A stretch of 64,000 nucleotides of DNA from Pseudobacteriovorax antillogorgiicola (GCA_945865565.1 CAMBEK010000005.1:54056-118055), one strand, 5' to 3'. Shown: positions 36,371 through 45,549, counted from the first letter of the stretch. A program made the numbers and translations. Notes: generated by a model from the letters alone, not told the origin.

Positions 36371-36488
36371 TTTTCTTCCAACCATAGATCGTGACAGATG
36401 GTGGGAAATTGCAAACGGCATCCTGACCGCGCTCTTCGCTGGCCAGAATGCCGCAACCTTTGCCTGGAATCTGCTTTACGCCGAGTGA
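36371..36488 (+). repeat. Direct repeat copy B (decayed duplicate of the 3' end at 35665-35770)
   Basis: See copy A. In the frame equivalent to copy A, this copy reads ...FQP-TAG and so is non-coding. Confidence 0.85.
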
Positions 36489-36814
36489 CGAGCGCCGCGA
36501 CCGGCAACACCTTTTTTCGCATGTCCCGCAACGTGACTCATACACTGGGCAACGATGCCCTTTGAATGCGCAGCCTTGTAGCTGGACGGAGCGCCATGCT
36601 TCCATGCGTCCTCGGAATCAAAGCGGCGAGCAACCTTGGACAAGCGGGCCATCGTCCATTCTGGTTTTTTGGCCTTGTCTTCCAAGCTGTCATTGCTTTT
36701 CTTGGCTGGCTTCTTTTTTTCCTTCGCGGCGCCTTCGGCCGGCTTTGCACCTTTTTCCTCGGCTTTGGCTTCGTGACCGTGAGCGCCTGCCGCTGCGGCT
36801 GTATCTTTAACCAT
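36476..36814 (-). CDS. Hypothetical basic protein (112 aa; Lys/Ala/Glu-rich N-terminus)
   Basis: GGAGG lies 5 nt upstream of the ATG at 36814. Four ORFs overlap here in different frames, and this one has the only good RBS. The stop abuts repeat copy B. Confidence 0.45.
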   Translation of the reverse strand: MVKDTAAAAGAHGHEAKAEEKGAKPAEGAAKEKKKPAKKSNDSLEDKAKKPEWTMARLSKVARRFDSEDAWKHGAPSSYKAAHSKGIVAQCMSHVAGHAKKGVAGRGARHSA

Positions 36815-37017
36815 GGGACCTCCCTGAAGGGTTCAGCAGGCAATAATCGCCTGCCCTCTACAGGGGTTTCGGATTGCAATCGCCGTGCTTGATGAGTGGG
36901 TTCATTTTTATTGGACGGAATGGGCTAGCCAGACTAAAGCAAGGCCCCGTTAACAAAACGAAAAACAAATCATTTTGCCATCTCGCCAACACAACCAACT
37001 CATGCCAAACTGGCCCT

Positions 37018-38496
37018 ATGTCAATGCGCCTCATGATCTCGCTCATTATTTCAGCCTTAACCTTGGCCGGCCTCTTCATTGCACTAGTCTGGGTGCCGGC
37101 TGAAGCAGCCTACACTTCATACTGCCTCAACAATTACGACCTCGGGATATACGGCCAGGCCCTTTTTCAACTGTCCCTGAAAAATCCAAATCCATGGCTG
37201 AGTGTCCGTGAAATAAATATCTTCAACGATCATTTCGATCCCATTTTATTTTTTTTGGCCCCATTCAAGTTCCTGGCCCATCCAGCTACACTCTTGATTC
37301 GTTTTGAGATGTCGATCGCCCTCGCCACCGCCGCAACATTTTTGATGATGGCGCAACAGCGTGCGATTACTTTTGCCGCCGCAATGTTCATGGCTGCCTT
37401 CGTCTTGTTCAACCCCGCCAGTCTGGGATCTTTCACGTTTCCCGCACATCCGGGCACATGGGCCATACTGCCGCTGACTTGGACGTGTTGGTTTCTCTGG
37501 CGTGAAAAATGGCGTGCCGCACTTTTCACGTTTTTTTTCTGCCTGCTCTGCAAGGAAGAATATCCCGTTGTTGGAATTGCGGTGGGACTCACCATGATCG
37601 CCGTCAGCAACATGATCACCTTGAACGCCTCTGGACGTCGAAGGTCGGGCGCAGAATTCCTGGGCTTGTCGTTGCTGTGGGCGTTTCTTGCCTTTGCACT
37701 TCGCCCCGCTCTCCTTGGTCACGCGGGGCAGTACACAGGTACAGTGAAACAAGCGTCGGGTCTCAGAGAACTTCTGCAATGGGATTCGTTCCGTGAGATT
37801 GCCATTTGGTCCATGCGATGGACTTTGCCCCTGATCGCTATTTTAATCCCCGCGTTGTGGACCATCGTCAGGTCTGACCGAAAATTTCCACCACAGGCCT
37901 CTCTGGCGAAAATCGCGCCTGTGATCGCAATTTTTCTTGCGTTGCTCGCCATACGCGCGACGGGCGGTTGGTGGTTTTCCCATCGCAGCATCCCCTTGGC
38001 CACGACAGCTGCTTTTTTGACCATGCAACTTGTGTCGTTTTATCAGTGGCGGGGGCGTGGCTGGAATTTCACATGGGCCATTGCAGGAATATTTTTAGTC
38101 CTGACGGCCCATCAAAGCCTTCGTCCTGCCCTGCGTTATTGGCAGGGCAAGGACATGGCATCCCATTGCCCGTCACAGCCATCACGCGTCGCAAGCCTGG
38201 ATCAGGCAGTCGCCATGCTTCTGGCGCGCCCAGATGGAAAGGCTCTGGTCCAAGGCAACATCCTGCCACATCTGGTTGAACGAAATGCAGTCCATCATTT
38301 GGGCGCGACTGCAGAGGCCCCCGAGTCATTTCAATGGCTGCTCGTTGAAAAAAACAAACTTGGGGCAACCTGGCCTGCGGCCCCCGGTGTTGTTGCCACC
38401 ACCGTCAACACCTGGCTGGCCCTGCCCGGAGTAAAACCCATCATCGATGACGAAAACGTTCTTATGCTCGAACGACCTGACCTGCGATCACTCTGA
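37018..38496 (+). CDS. Polytopic membrane protein, DUF2079-like (predicted GT-C-type)
   Basis: The start is taken at MSMRLMISLIISAL. NNYDLGIYGQALFQL...FNDHFDPILFFLAPF resembles the DLGxxxQ...HFxP signature of DUF2079. There are at least 10 helices. Confidence 0.45.
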   Translation: MSMRLMISLIISALTLAGLFIALVWVPAEAAYTSYCLNNYDLGIYGQALFQLSLKNPNPWLSVREINIFNDHFDPILFFLAPFKFLAHPATLLIRFEMSIALATAATFLMMAQQRAITFAAAMFMAAFVLFNPASLGSFTFPAHPGTWAILPLTWTCWFLWREKWRAALFTFFFCLLCKEEYPVVGIAVGLTMIAVSNMITLNASGRRRSGAEFLGLSLLWAFLAFALRPALLGHAGQYTGTVKQASGLRELLQWDSFREIAIWSMRWTLPLIAILIPALWTIVRSDRKFPPQASLAKIAPVIAIFLALLAIRATGGWWFSHRSIPLATTAAFLTMQLVSFYQWRGRGWNFTWAIAGIFLVLTAHQSLRPALRYWQGKDMASHCPSQPSRVASLDQAVAMLLARPDGKALVQGNILPHLVERNAVHHLGATAEAPESFQWLLVEKNKLGATWPAAPGVVATTVNTWLALPGVKPIIDDENVLMLERPDLRSL

Positions 38497-39559
38497 GGTC
38501 TGCCCCTTTTTTTGGCGCAGCCGGATCAATCTGAACGAGTTCGCCACGGGCAAATTCAGGCGGCTCGCCGTGGCGATGCTGCCACGATAAAAATTCCCTC
38601 TCCGTGCCCTTGCAAACCATTTGGCGGGTCTGCCCTTTTAGGTTTTGTTGGTCTCCCGTCAAGCGTGCGGCCGAAATCATTTTCGCAGGAGGAGCCAATT
38701 TCTTTCGCGCCAAGAGGTAAGAAAAAACCAGCGTCCGGTGCTTCATTGGCAGGTGTTGTTCAATTGCGCTGTATAAATCGGGCTGCTGCCACTGGATCCG
38801 GTCGTGGCACCAATCGGTTTTGCTGTGGGTCAATAGAGGACACGCCCCTTGATGGGTGCACGGAGCCCAGACTTTATAACCCTGGCGGATTAGATTTTCT
38901 CGAATTGCCAGCAAACGACGCCCATCCTGATTGGTGCCAGGCTCGATGATGGCCAAAGCCTCACAGTCCAGAACCCAATCCGGCAGGCCATCGAGTTCCG
39001 TCAGTGAGTAAGAAAACACGGCCATGGTTTTGTCGGGATTGCCCACCGTCATAAACTCACGAAGTTTTCTGTCGTCGATGGTCAGGGGATGCTTTTCCGT
39101 CACAGCGTCGGCTGCAAAAATACGGCGCAGGGCCCTTTGAACATCCAATGCTTGCGTCGAACGATCAAATGCCAGGCTGCTGCCGAGAACTTCGGGTGCG
39201 ACATCTTGCAGGGCCAGCCACGCTGCCCCCATTCCGCTGCCCCAGTCGATCGCGCGATGGATCCCTTCGAAAAACCCAAGATTTTTGGCTTCGCGGAATA
39301 CGGCCAGGGTACGAACATGGTTTAGCAGGGTATAATAAAGAAGGTAAGCAGCGGGCGCACCCGGCAACTCGTAGGGAGTTTTTCCGGATGGTTTGGAGAT
39401 GTAAAAATCAGAGATTCGCTGGACGGCATGAGCTAGCTTTGCCGGGGTAAACTTGTCGTCTCTTGCGGCAATTGCTTCAGCCTGATACCCAAAGACCGTT
39501 CGCGCGACATCCGCAAAAGCCCGGAGCAGATCAGGATTAATGACAAATTCAGGCCTCAC
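38462..39559 (-). CDS. Rsm22-family-like SAM-dependent methyltransferase
   Basis: AIDWGSGMGAAWLAL is a SAM motif I variant, and the cysteine cluster CTHQGACPL...DWCHD resembles the bacterial Rsm22 CxHxxxCP...WCH motif. The start is GTG. Confidence 0.5.
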   Translation of the reverse strand: MRPEFVINPDLLRAFADVARTVFGYQAEAIAARDDKFTPAKLAHAVQRISDFYISKPSGKTPYELPGAPAAYLLYYTLLNHVRTLAVFREAKNLGFFEGIHRAIDWGSGMGAAWLALQDVAPEVLGSSLAFDRSTQALDVQRALRRIFAADAVTEKHPLTIDDRKLREFMTVGNPDKTMAVFSYSLTELDGLPDWVLDCEALAIIEPGTNQDGRRLLAIRENLIRQGYKVWAPCTHQGACPLLTHSKTDWCHDRIQWQQPDLYSAIEQHLPMKHRTLVFSYLLARKKLAPPAKMISAARLTGDQQNLKGQTRQMVCKGTEREFLSWQHRHGEPPEFARGELVQIDPAAPKKGADLRVIAGQVVRA

Positions 39560-40526
39560 AAAAAAACCCCATCAGAATTCTGCAGAATATCATTGGACTG
39601 CGGAACGGGTCGCTAAAATCACGTCGGGACGAAAATACGAAATCGTGCCCCCGGGAGACGCGCCGTTCATGCGAGCCATTGGCCTGCTTGGCAACGATCA
39701 CTCCATGCCAGCCGATGCCGTCCGCAAGTATGTCCAAATCAACCATATGCTGGAACTTCTCAAGGCTCCATTGATTGATTTGCGAGGGCGGCACAAGCAC
39801 CTCGCCATCCTTGACGCCGGATGCGGAAGTTCCTACCTCACTTTCCTGCTGGCCTGGTACTTGAAACATAAATTGCCGGGCGATTTCCCCGGGGGTTTTT
39901 TAATCGCTGGAATCGACACCAACAAAGCCCTCATTGAAAAATCCCGATCCATGGCCAGCATCTTGGGCCTGGAAAGTCACATGCATTTTGAGGTCGCCTC
40001 GACCAGTGACTTCAAGTGGGACGAATTGCTCGCCAGGCGCCCAGTGCTGGCGGACTTCAAACGCCCCCACATGGTGGTTGGACTTCATGCCTGCGACACG
40101 GCGACCGACGAAGCCATGGGCTTGGGACTTGCCGCAGGAGCCGAGGTCCTGGCCGCCTCGCCGTGCTGCCAGGCCGAACTGGCAGGCAAGTGGCGCGAGT
40201 TGTCCCAGTCGCCAGAAGGACGCACTCACCCAATGGCTCCCGCGTTTCAATCCCCAGAACTGCGCCGGACCATCGCTGCGGAAATGACCGACATGATGCG
40301 AGTCCTGCTGCTCCGGGCCAGCGGATATGAAACGACCGCAACCGAGTTTGTCGAGTCACGACACTCGCCCAAAAATCGTCTTATTCTTGCTTTCAAAAGG
40401 GGAAGATTTTCAAAAGATGCCGCAGAGGCTTACGTAAAATTAAAAGATCATCTTGGCGGTTCTAGCATTCGTCTAGAGTTCCTGGTGTCGGATGAAGTCC
40501 GGGAACTCACAGCAGGCAACCGTTAG
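39540..40526 (+). CDS. Class I SAM-dependent methyltransferase (Methyltransf_32-like)
   Basis: ILDAGCGSSYLTFLLA, IAGIDTN and GLHACDTATDEA. The 5' end overlaps the divergent Rsm22-like gene by 20 nt if both annotated starts are correct. Confidence 0.6.
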   Translation: MTNSGLTKKPHQNSAEYHWTAERVAKITSGRKYEIVPPGDAPFMRAIGLLGNDHSMPADAVRKYVQINHMLELLKAPLIDLRGRHKHLAILDAGCGSSYLTFLLAWYLKHKLPGDFPGGFLIAGIDTNKALIEKSRSMASILGLESHMHFEVASTSDFKWDELLARRPVLADFKRPHMVVGLHACDTATDEAMGLGLAAGAEVLAASPCCQAELAGKWRELSQSPEGRTHPMAPAFQSPELRRTIAAEMTDMMRVLLLRASGYETTATEFVESRHSPKNRLILAFKRGRFSKDAAEAYVKLKDHLGGSSIRLEFLVSDEVRELTAGNR

Positions 40527-40872
40527 CGGCAAAAATCGACTCCAGATTATCCGCACGATCCACAAGTTCCAGACCACAAATAAAGTGACCGACCCGGGTC
40601 AAGTGTGGATAGGTGTGAATCACCTTCAAATTTAGATTTTTGCCAGACATCACCATGGTTAACATTTGGCCTGGCTGCAGAATCTTATCGACCAGAATTC
40701 CCAAACCGTTTCGACTCACGTCCGTCGCAAAAGCACGGATGGATTCGTGTCGTTCAAAATCGACCAGTTTGCCGGGAAGTGTGCCATTGACGCGCAGGTT
40801 TCTCGCGTAGGACCTTTGCTCCAAGACAAGTGGAGGTGCGTCCACTTGCAGCTTTCTGACAGGCTGCCCCAT
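40507..40872 (-). CDS. Stand-alone PilZ-domain protein
   Basis: RSYAR (RxxxR) followed by DVSRNG (DxSxxG). Confidence 0.7.
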   Translation of the reverse strand: MGQPVRKLQVDAPPLVLEQRSYARNLRVNGTLPGKLVDFERHESIRAFATDVSRNGLGILVDKILQPGQMLTMVMSGKNLNLKVIHTYPHLTRVGHFICGLELVDRADNLESIFAANGCLL

Positions 40873-40992
40873 AAGAATCTCCCCATAAAAATCACATATT
40901 AACTTGGGCGGGATTTCCCCGAAAAACTTGACACCCTAATAAAAACCACCGAATAATCATTATATAAATCAATTATTTCAGCGGGTTAAAAG

Positions 40993-41238
40993 TTGATAAA
41001 TTCATCTGAATTCGCCCTTTTTGTGACGGGCTTTGACTGGCAAGTGCCGGAAAGTGAGCTGCTTCGGCTGTTTCAGCAAGTCGGGGATGTGATCGGGTTG
41101 AAGGTCACAAAACAGGCGGACGGCAGTCCAGCGGCAATCATTACGATGGCCAGCATGCAAGACGCGGAAGACGCAATCTTGAAGTATGACGGAACGCATT
41201 ACAGAAGTGTGATCCTGCGGGTCCGGAAAGCGGCTTAA
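40993..41238 (+). CDS. RRM-type RNA-binding protein
   Basis: LFVTGFDWQV is RNP2-like and AIITMAS is RNP1-like. The 81-aa size is right. The start is non-ATG (TTG). Confidence 0.65.
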   Translation: MINSSEFALFVTGFDWQVPESELLRLFQQVGDVIGLKVTKQADGSPAAIITMASMQDAEDAILKYDGTHYRSVILRVRKAA

Positions 41239-41657
41239 TCGACGGGAACAACATCGACGATCTGGTCTTCGCCGAATTCATCCTGAAGTTGCGAACGCAC
41301 GCCGTTCAGTAATGTGATCAACGAACTCGGGCATCCCTGGCAGCCGCCCCCAAGGCGAATATGAGCCACTCCGGCTTCAAAGGCTTCCAGACGAGCAAAG
41401 CCCGAATGAAACTTGAGCATTTCCGAAACAGGCCCTTCGAGGAATCGCGCAACATCACGCCCAAGTCCAGCAAACCGGTCACTGGTCCCGGGTTCGGTGA
41501 AGGCTCCCTCATCGTCCATGCCTAAAAGTTCACGCATCGCATCGCGGGCCGATTCCATGCTTGCACCAGTGGTCTTCTTGCCCGAAGGCGTGTGAAGGGC
41601 CACAAAGGAACCGTCGGGTTCCTTGCTGATGATGACTGAATCTAGGTCGCCACTCAT
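41235..41657 (-). CDS. NifU C-terminal-domain (Nfu-type) Fe-S assembly protein
   Basis: The C-terminus carries LGGGCQGCPSS...TLLNGVRSQL. The start at 41657 makes an ATGA overlap with the PhoU-like stop. The longer track ORF (to 41771) is rejected. Confidence 0.7.
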   Translation of the reverse strand: MSGDLDSVIISKEPDGSFVALHTPSGKKTTGASMESARDAMRELLGMDDEGAFTEPGTSDRFAGLGRDVARFLEGPVSEMLKFHSGFARLEAFEAGVAHIRLGGGCQGCPSSLITLLNGVRSQLQDEFGEDQIVDVVPVD

Positions 41658-42388
41658 GATTTTGACCCGTCCTCTTCTTTGTTTTCCCCTGCCTTCGACA
41701 GAACCGGGGCCTGGCCATGCCTGATCCGACGTCCTTGTACGATGTACACCACCGTTTCCGCAATGTGACATGCAATGTCGGCAATGCTTTCAAACTTGTT
41801 GGCACATGCCACAACAAGGAGTCCGGTTTCAGGATCCAGATTGCCGGAGACCCCACGCAGGCTTTTCAAAACCATGTCGTGAGCCTGATCCTGCAAGGCA
41901 TCGACCACATTGTCCAGGGGCGGGATGCTTTCCGCAGCCTTGACGTCCCCCGACAACAGCGCAGCCACCGCCTTCTCTAAAATGAGGTTCGACTTTTCAG
42001 AAAGATCTTTGAGGACACCCCAAATCAAAGGCATCTCATCTGACATCACCCCGATATCAATCATATTTCTCGCTATGCTGCGCACGCAGTCGCCGACCCT
42101 TTCCAGGCCCGCAGCAACATCAATCGCACCGATCGCGTAACGCAAATCCCGCCCCAATGGAGCCCTGTAGTTCATAAAAGCAACGGTCAAGTCATCAAGG
42201 CTTAACTCCAGGGAATCAACCTCCGCATCCTTTGCAATGATGCGGGCCAGGACTTCAAGCCTCTTGCCATCACTCGCTCCGAAGGTCGAACGCAGCGTGC
42301 GAGACTGCTCCAACACGGCCGAAGCAAGTTCTTCGAGGCGCTTGCGCACCGCAGCAAATTCCTGACTGCTTGTTGCCCCAGATCCCAT
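41654..42388 (-). CDS. PhoU-family protein
   Basis: There are two PhoU-like repeats, including DLRYAIGAIDVAAGLERVGDCVRSIARN and FESIADIACHIAE. The start is at MGSGATS (42388) with GGGAG upstream. Confidence 0.65.
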   Translation of the reverse strand: MGSGATSSQEFAAVRKRLEELASAVLEQSRTLRSTFGASDGKRLEVLARIIAKDAEVDSLELSLDDLTVAFMNYRAPLGRDLRYAIGAIDVAAGLERVGDCVRSIARNMIDIGVMSDEMPLIWGVLKDLSEKSNLILEKAVAALLSGDVKAAESIPPLDNVVDALQDQAHDMVLKSLRGVSGNLDPETGLLVVACANKFESIADIACHIAETVVYIVQGRRIRHGQAPVLSKAGENKEEDGSKS

Positions 42389-42414
42389 GTCAAACTCCCG
42401 GACAGATATCCATA

Positions 42415-45400
42415 TTACGACTTCGCTGCAAAACGCGCCTTCATCCATGCCGCGCTCCATACGCGGAACCGGTCAATGAATCCGTAAGCAGCAGGCACTA
42501 CCACCAGGGACAAAACCGTCGAGCTGATCAGGCCACCAATGATGGCAACCCCCATGCTCGTCCTTTGGCGCGAGGCCTCATTCAAGCCTATGGCAATTGG
42601 CAGCATTCCCGCAATAAGAGCCATCGTTGTCATCAAAATTGGCCGAAGTCGCGCGCGCCCGGCATCTAAAATGGCCTGAGCACGGTCAGCGCCTTCCTTG
42701 ACCCGCTGATTCGCGTAATCGACCAACAAGATTGAGTTTTTGGATGCGATCCCCATGAGCAGAATGCACCCGATCATGGAATTCAAATCCAATGCCTTGC
42801 CCGTGACAAAAAGAGCAAGAAACGCACCAGCGACCGCAAGGGGTAAAACCAGCATGATGGCAAACGGTGTGACGAACGACTCATAGAGGCTCGCCAAAAC
42901 GAAATAAATGAAGAGAACCGCGAGCGTCAGCGCCAGCACCATGTTCTCAATCAGCTCTTTGAAGCTCTCCGCCTGTCCCACAAAGTTATAACGCATTCCC
43001 TCGGGCAACTTCATTTCTTCCGTCAGCAAGCGATTGATATCGCCGATCACCGCGTTCATTCCCGGACCATCTGCTGCGATGTCCCCTCCGATATTGATGT
43101 ATCGACCGCGATCCTGACGGCTGATCGTGGCAGGACCCTCTGTTTTCACCATTTGAGCGACATCAGAAAGGCGCAGGAGCGACATGTTGATGTTGGGAAC
43201 ATAAGTCTTTTCAAAAACCAGAGGCAAATTCCGTTCGCTCTCTGCGAGGCGCACCCGGATGTCGTATTCCTGTGCATTCTCGCGGAAAACGGCCGGAGTT
43301 GCCCCCTCGACCAGGGTCCGTAATTCAAAGCCAACAAGATTGGTGGAGACGCCCAGACGCTCGGCCTTCTGACGATCCAAGACAAATTGCACTTCGGGTT
43401 TTCCTGGGCGGAAACTAATGTCGACGTCCTTGAGCCCAGGATTGACTTTCAATTTCTCGAAAAGCTTTTGAGACACCTGCTCCAATTGCTTCAAGTCGGG
43501 TCCGATGATGGACACATTAAAGGGGCGCTGTCCGCCGGCGACGATATCCAGATCCTTCACGAGTGGATTGGCAAAAGTGAATGGCTTCAGGTCGCCCCGC
43601 ATCAACTCCTTGAACTGGGTCGTATTCACCTTGCGCTGACGCGATGGCACAAGATTCACGAAAATCTCAGCCACGTTTGCCTGTCCGTCCCTGCCGCCGA
43701 TGCTCATGGAAGTCAACGCCACTTCCGGTTTGCTTCGCACCAACGCCTCGACTTCACCGGCAACGCGAGCCATTTCATCAAGGGACGTACCGGGCGGCAG
43801 ATCAAGTCCGACAACGAACTCTCCGAAATCCTGCGGCGAGAGGAACGTCTTTGGGACAAACTTGACGAGAATCACGATACTGCCGAAAAAAATCCCAAAC
43901 GCGACGATCAACGAAAAGATCGAATTGCCGCGGGTCCGCAAAATCACTTTCAGGAGACCCTCGTACAAATCATCGAACCAATCCTGCAACCGGCCAAAAC
44001 CGCGCACGACAGGACCGAATGTGTAGCGATAGAATAATGATTCAGGTCCGCCTGAATGAGCTTTCCCGGCAAAATAGGCTGAAAGCATCGGCGCCATGGT
44101 CAATGCGTCAAACAGCGAAATTGCCATTGCAAAACAAATCGTCAGACCGAATTCTCGAAAGAATTGACCCACAATTCCCTTTAAAAATCCGACGGGGCCA
44201 AAGACGGCAATCACAACCAAAGTGGTCGCTACGACTGCCATCGTCACTTCTTTTGTGCCGTTCAACGCGGCGTCTTTCGGACTGTCGCCCGCCTCGATGT
44301 GGCGGAAAATGTTTTCCCGGACCACAATCGCGTCATCCACGAGAAGGCCAACGGCCAAAGACAGTGCGAGCAACGTCATCACATTGATCGTGAATCCAGC
44401 GAGGGCCATCAGGATAAACGCCCCCAACAGTGAATTGGGCAGCGCCAACCCGGTGATCACCGTCGACCTGAAGTTCCCCAAAAACAAATAAACCACGAGA
44501 ATGGTCAGGATGATTCCCAGAAAAATGGACTCCTTCACATCCTGAAGGTTCGCGCGAATTGGCTTTGCACCATCACGTACCATGGTCAACTTGGCCTTGT
44601 CGCCAGCGGCAGTCATTTCGTCGTTGATCTTGTCAATGGCCTTCTTGATCGCATCGGCAACATTGACCGTATTCGCCCCGGACTGTTTGAAAACATAAAT
44701 CGAAAGGCCTTGCTTGCCGTCCAAAAAATATCTGGTCTTCTCGTCCTGCAGCCCATCATAAACTCGACCGACCTGGGCAACCGTCACCGGCACGTCGTTG
44801 CCAAGGAAATTCACAATCGACTGTTCGATATCCTTGAGCGACTTGAACTCACCCACCGTGCGATAAACGCTCTCCTTGATTCCCTCACTAAATTTCCCGA
44901 CAGGGACATTCGCGCCAGAGGCGCCGATGCGATTGGCGACCATCGTGGCCGACAATTCATAACTCTTCAGCTTTTTCTGATCCAGGTCGATCCGGACTTC
45001 CCTCTTGCGTCCACCGACAATGTCGACGAGGCCGACCTGAGTGACCTGCTCGAGCTTTGGTTTGATCCGGGTGTCTGCAAGTTCGTAGACCTGATCGGGA
45101 CGCAGCCCGGGCGCCTCAAGGGCAATGATGATGACAGGCTGGTCCGCAGGATCGATCCTGCGAACCACTGGTTCTTTCACGTCGACCGGAAGTTTTCTTT
45201 TAGCTGATGCCACCCGGTCCTTGATTTGCTGCTCGGCATACCTGATGTCGGTCTCCAGGACAAACTCAGCAACGACGATGCTGACGCCTTCTTTGCTGTC
45301 GGACTTCAGGCGTTTGATCCCTGGGACGGTGCTGATTTCTTCCTCGAGTACCTTTGAAACCAGAGTCTCCATTTCAGAAGGCCCTGCACCCGGATACGGT

Positions 45401-45546
45401 GTCGTCACCGTCACCACCGGAAAAGTAATGTTGGGGAATAAATCGACACTGAGTCCCCGCATACACAGCAAACCAACCGCCAGCGTGAGCATGACGATAC
45501 AGGTCAGAAAGACCGGGCGTTTAATAGAAAGATCGGCAAGACTCAT
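42415..45546 (-). CDS. RND efflux transporter permease (AcrB/HAE-type)
   Basis: 1043 aa. The N-terminus SIKRPVFLTCIVMLTLAVGLL...FPNITFPVVTVTTPYPGAGPSEME is canonical, with 12-TM architecture and two large loops. Confidence 0.9.
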   Translation of the reverse strand: MSLADLSIKRPVFLTCIVMLTLAVGLLCMRGLSVDLFPNITFPVVTVTTPYPGAGPSEMETLVSKVLEEEISTVPGIKRLKSDSKEGVSIVVAEFVLETDIRYAEQQIKDRVASAKRKLPVDVKEPVVRRIDPADQPVIIIALEAPGLRPDQVYELADTRIKPKLEQVTQVGLVDIVGGRKREVRIDLDQKKLKSYELSATMVANRIGASGANVPVGKFSEGIKESVYRTVGEFKSLKDIEQSIVNFLGNDVPVTVAQVGRVYDGLQDEKTRYFLDGKQGLSIYVFKQSGANTVNVADAIKKAIDKINDEMTAAGDKAKLTMVRDGAKPIRANLQDVKESIFLGIILTILVVYLFLGNFRSTVITGLALPNSLLGAFILMALAGFTINVMTLLALSLAVGLLVDDAIVVRENIFRHIEAGDSPKDAALNGTKEVTMAVVATTLVVIAVFGPVGFLKGIVGQFFREFGLTICFAMAISLFDALTMAPMLSAYFAGKAHSGGPESLFYRYTFGPVVRGFGRLQDWFDDLYEGLLKVILRTRGNSIFSLIVAFGIFFGSIVILVKFVPKTFLSPQDFGEFVVGLDLPPGTSLDEMARVAGEVEALVRSKPEVALTSMSIGGRDGQANVAEIFVNLVPSRQRKVNTTQFKELMRGDLKPFTFANPLVKDLDIVAGGQRPFNVSIIGPDLKQLEQVSQKLFEKLKVNPGLKDVDISFRPGKPEVQFVLDRQKAERLGVSTNLVGFELRTLVEGATPAVFRENAQEYDIRVRLAESERNLPLVFEKTYVPNINMSLLRLSDVAQMVKTEGPATISRQDRGRYINIGGDIAADGPGMNAVIGDINRLLTEEMKLPEGMRYNFVGQAESFKELIENMVLALTLAVLFIYFVLASLYESFVTPFAIMLVLPLAVAGAFLALFVTGKALDLNSMIGCILLMGIASKNSILLVDYANQRVKEGADRAQAILDAGRARLRPILMTTMALIAGMLPIAIGLNEASRQRTSMGVAIIGGLISSTVLSLVVVPAAYGFIDRFRVWSAAWMKARFAAKS

Positions 45547-45549
45547 GGT

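Larger units (their letters stand above)
35665..36488 (+). mobile_element. Putative integrated mini-cassette (TA module bracketed by a duplicated gene 3' end); no recombinase present
   Basis: Direct repeats A and B flank 600 bp that carry only the DUF4258-like and DUF2283-like genes. Copy B has an in-frame TAG (CAG to TAG) and a 12-nt net indel, so it is a displaced relic. Confidence 0.45.

Noticed and set aside
35665-36488. I considered whether the TA cassette is an integron gene cassette.
   Set aside because: The flanking repeats are direct copies of coding sequence, not imperfect palindromic attC sites. There is no intI or attI, and no array of further cassettes in the window.
36448-36892. 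Three alternative ORFs (36448..36810 plus, 36538..36879 minus, 36566..36892 plus) overlapping the small basic protein gene.
   Set aside because: None has a recognisable RBS or motif, and their compositions (Arg/Pro/Ser-rich) look like frame shadows. I kept only the frame with GGAGG upstream, and that one at modest confidence.
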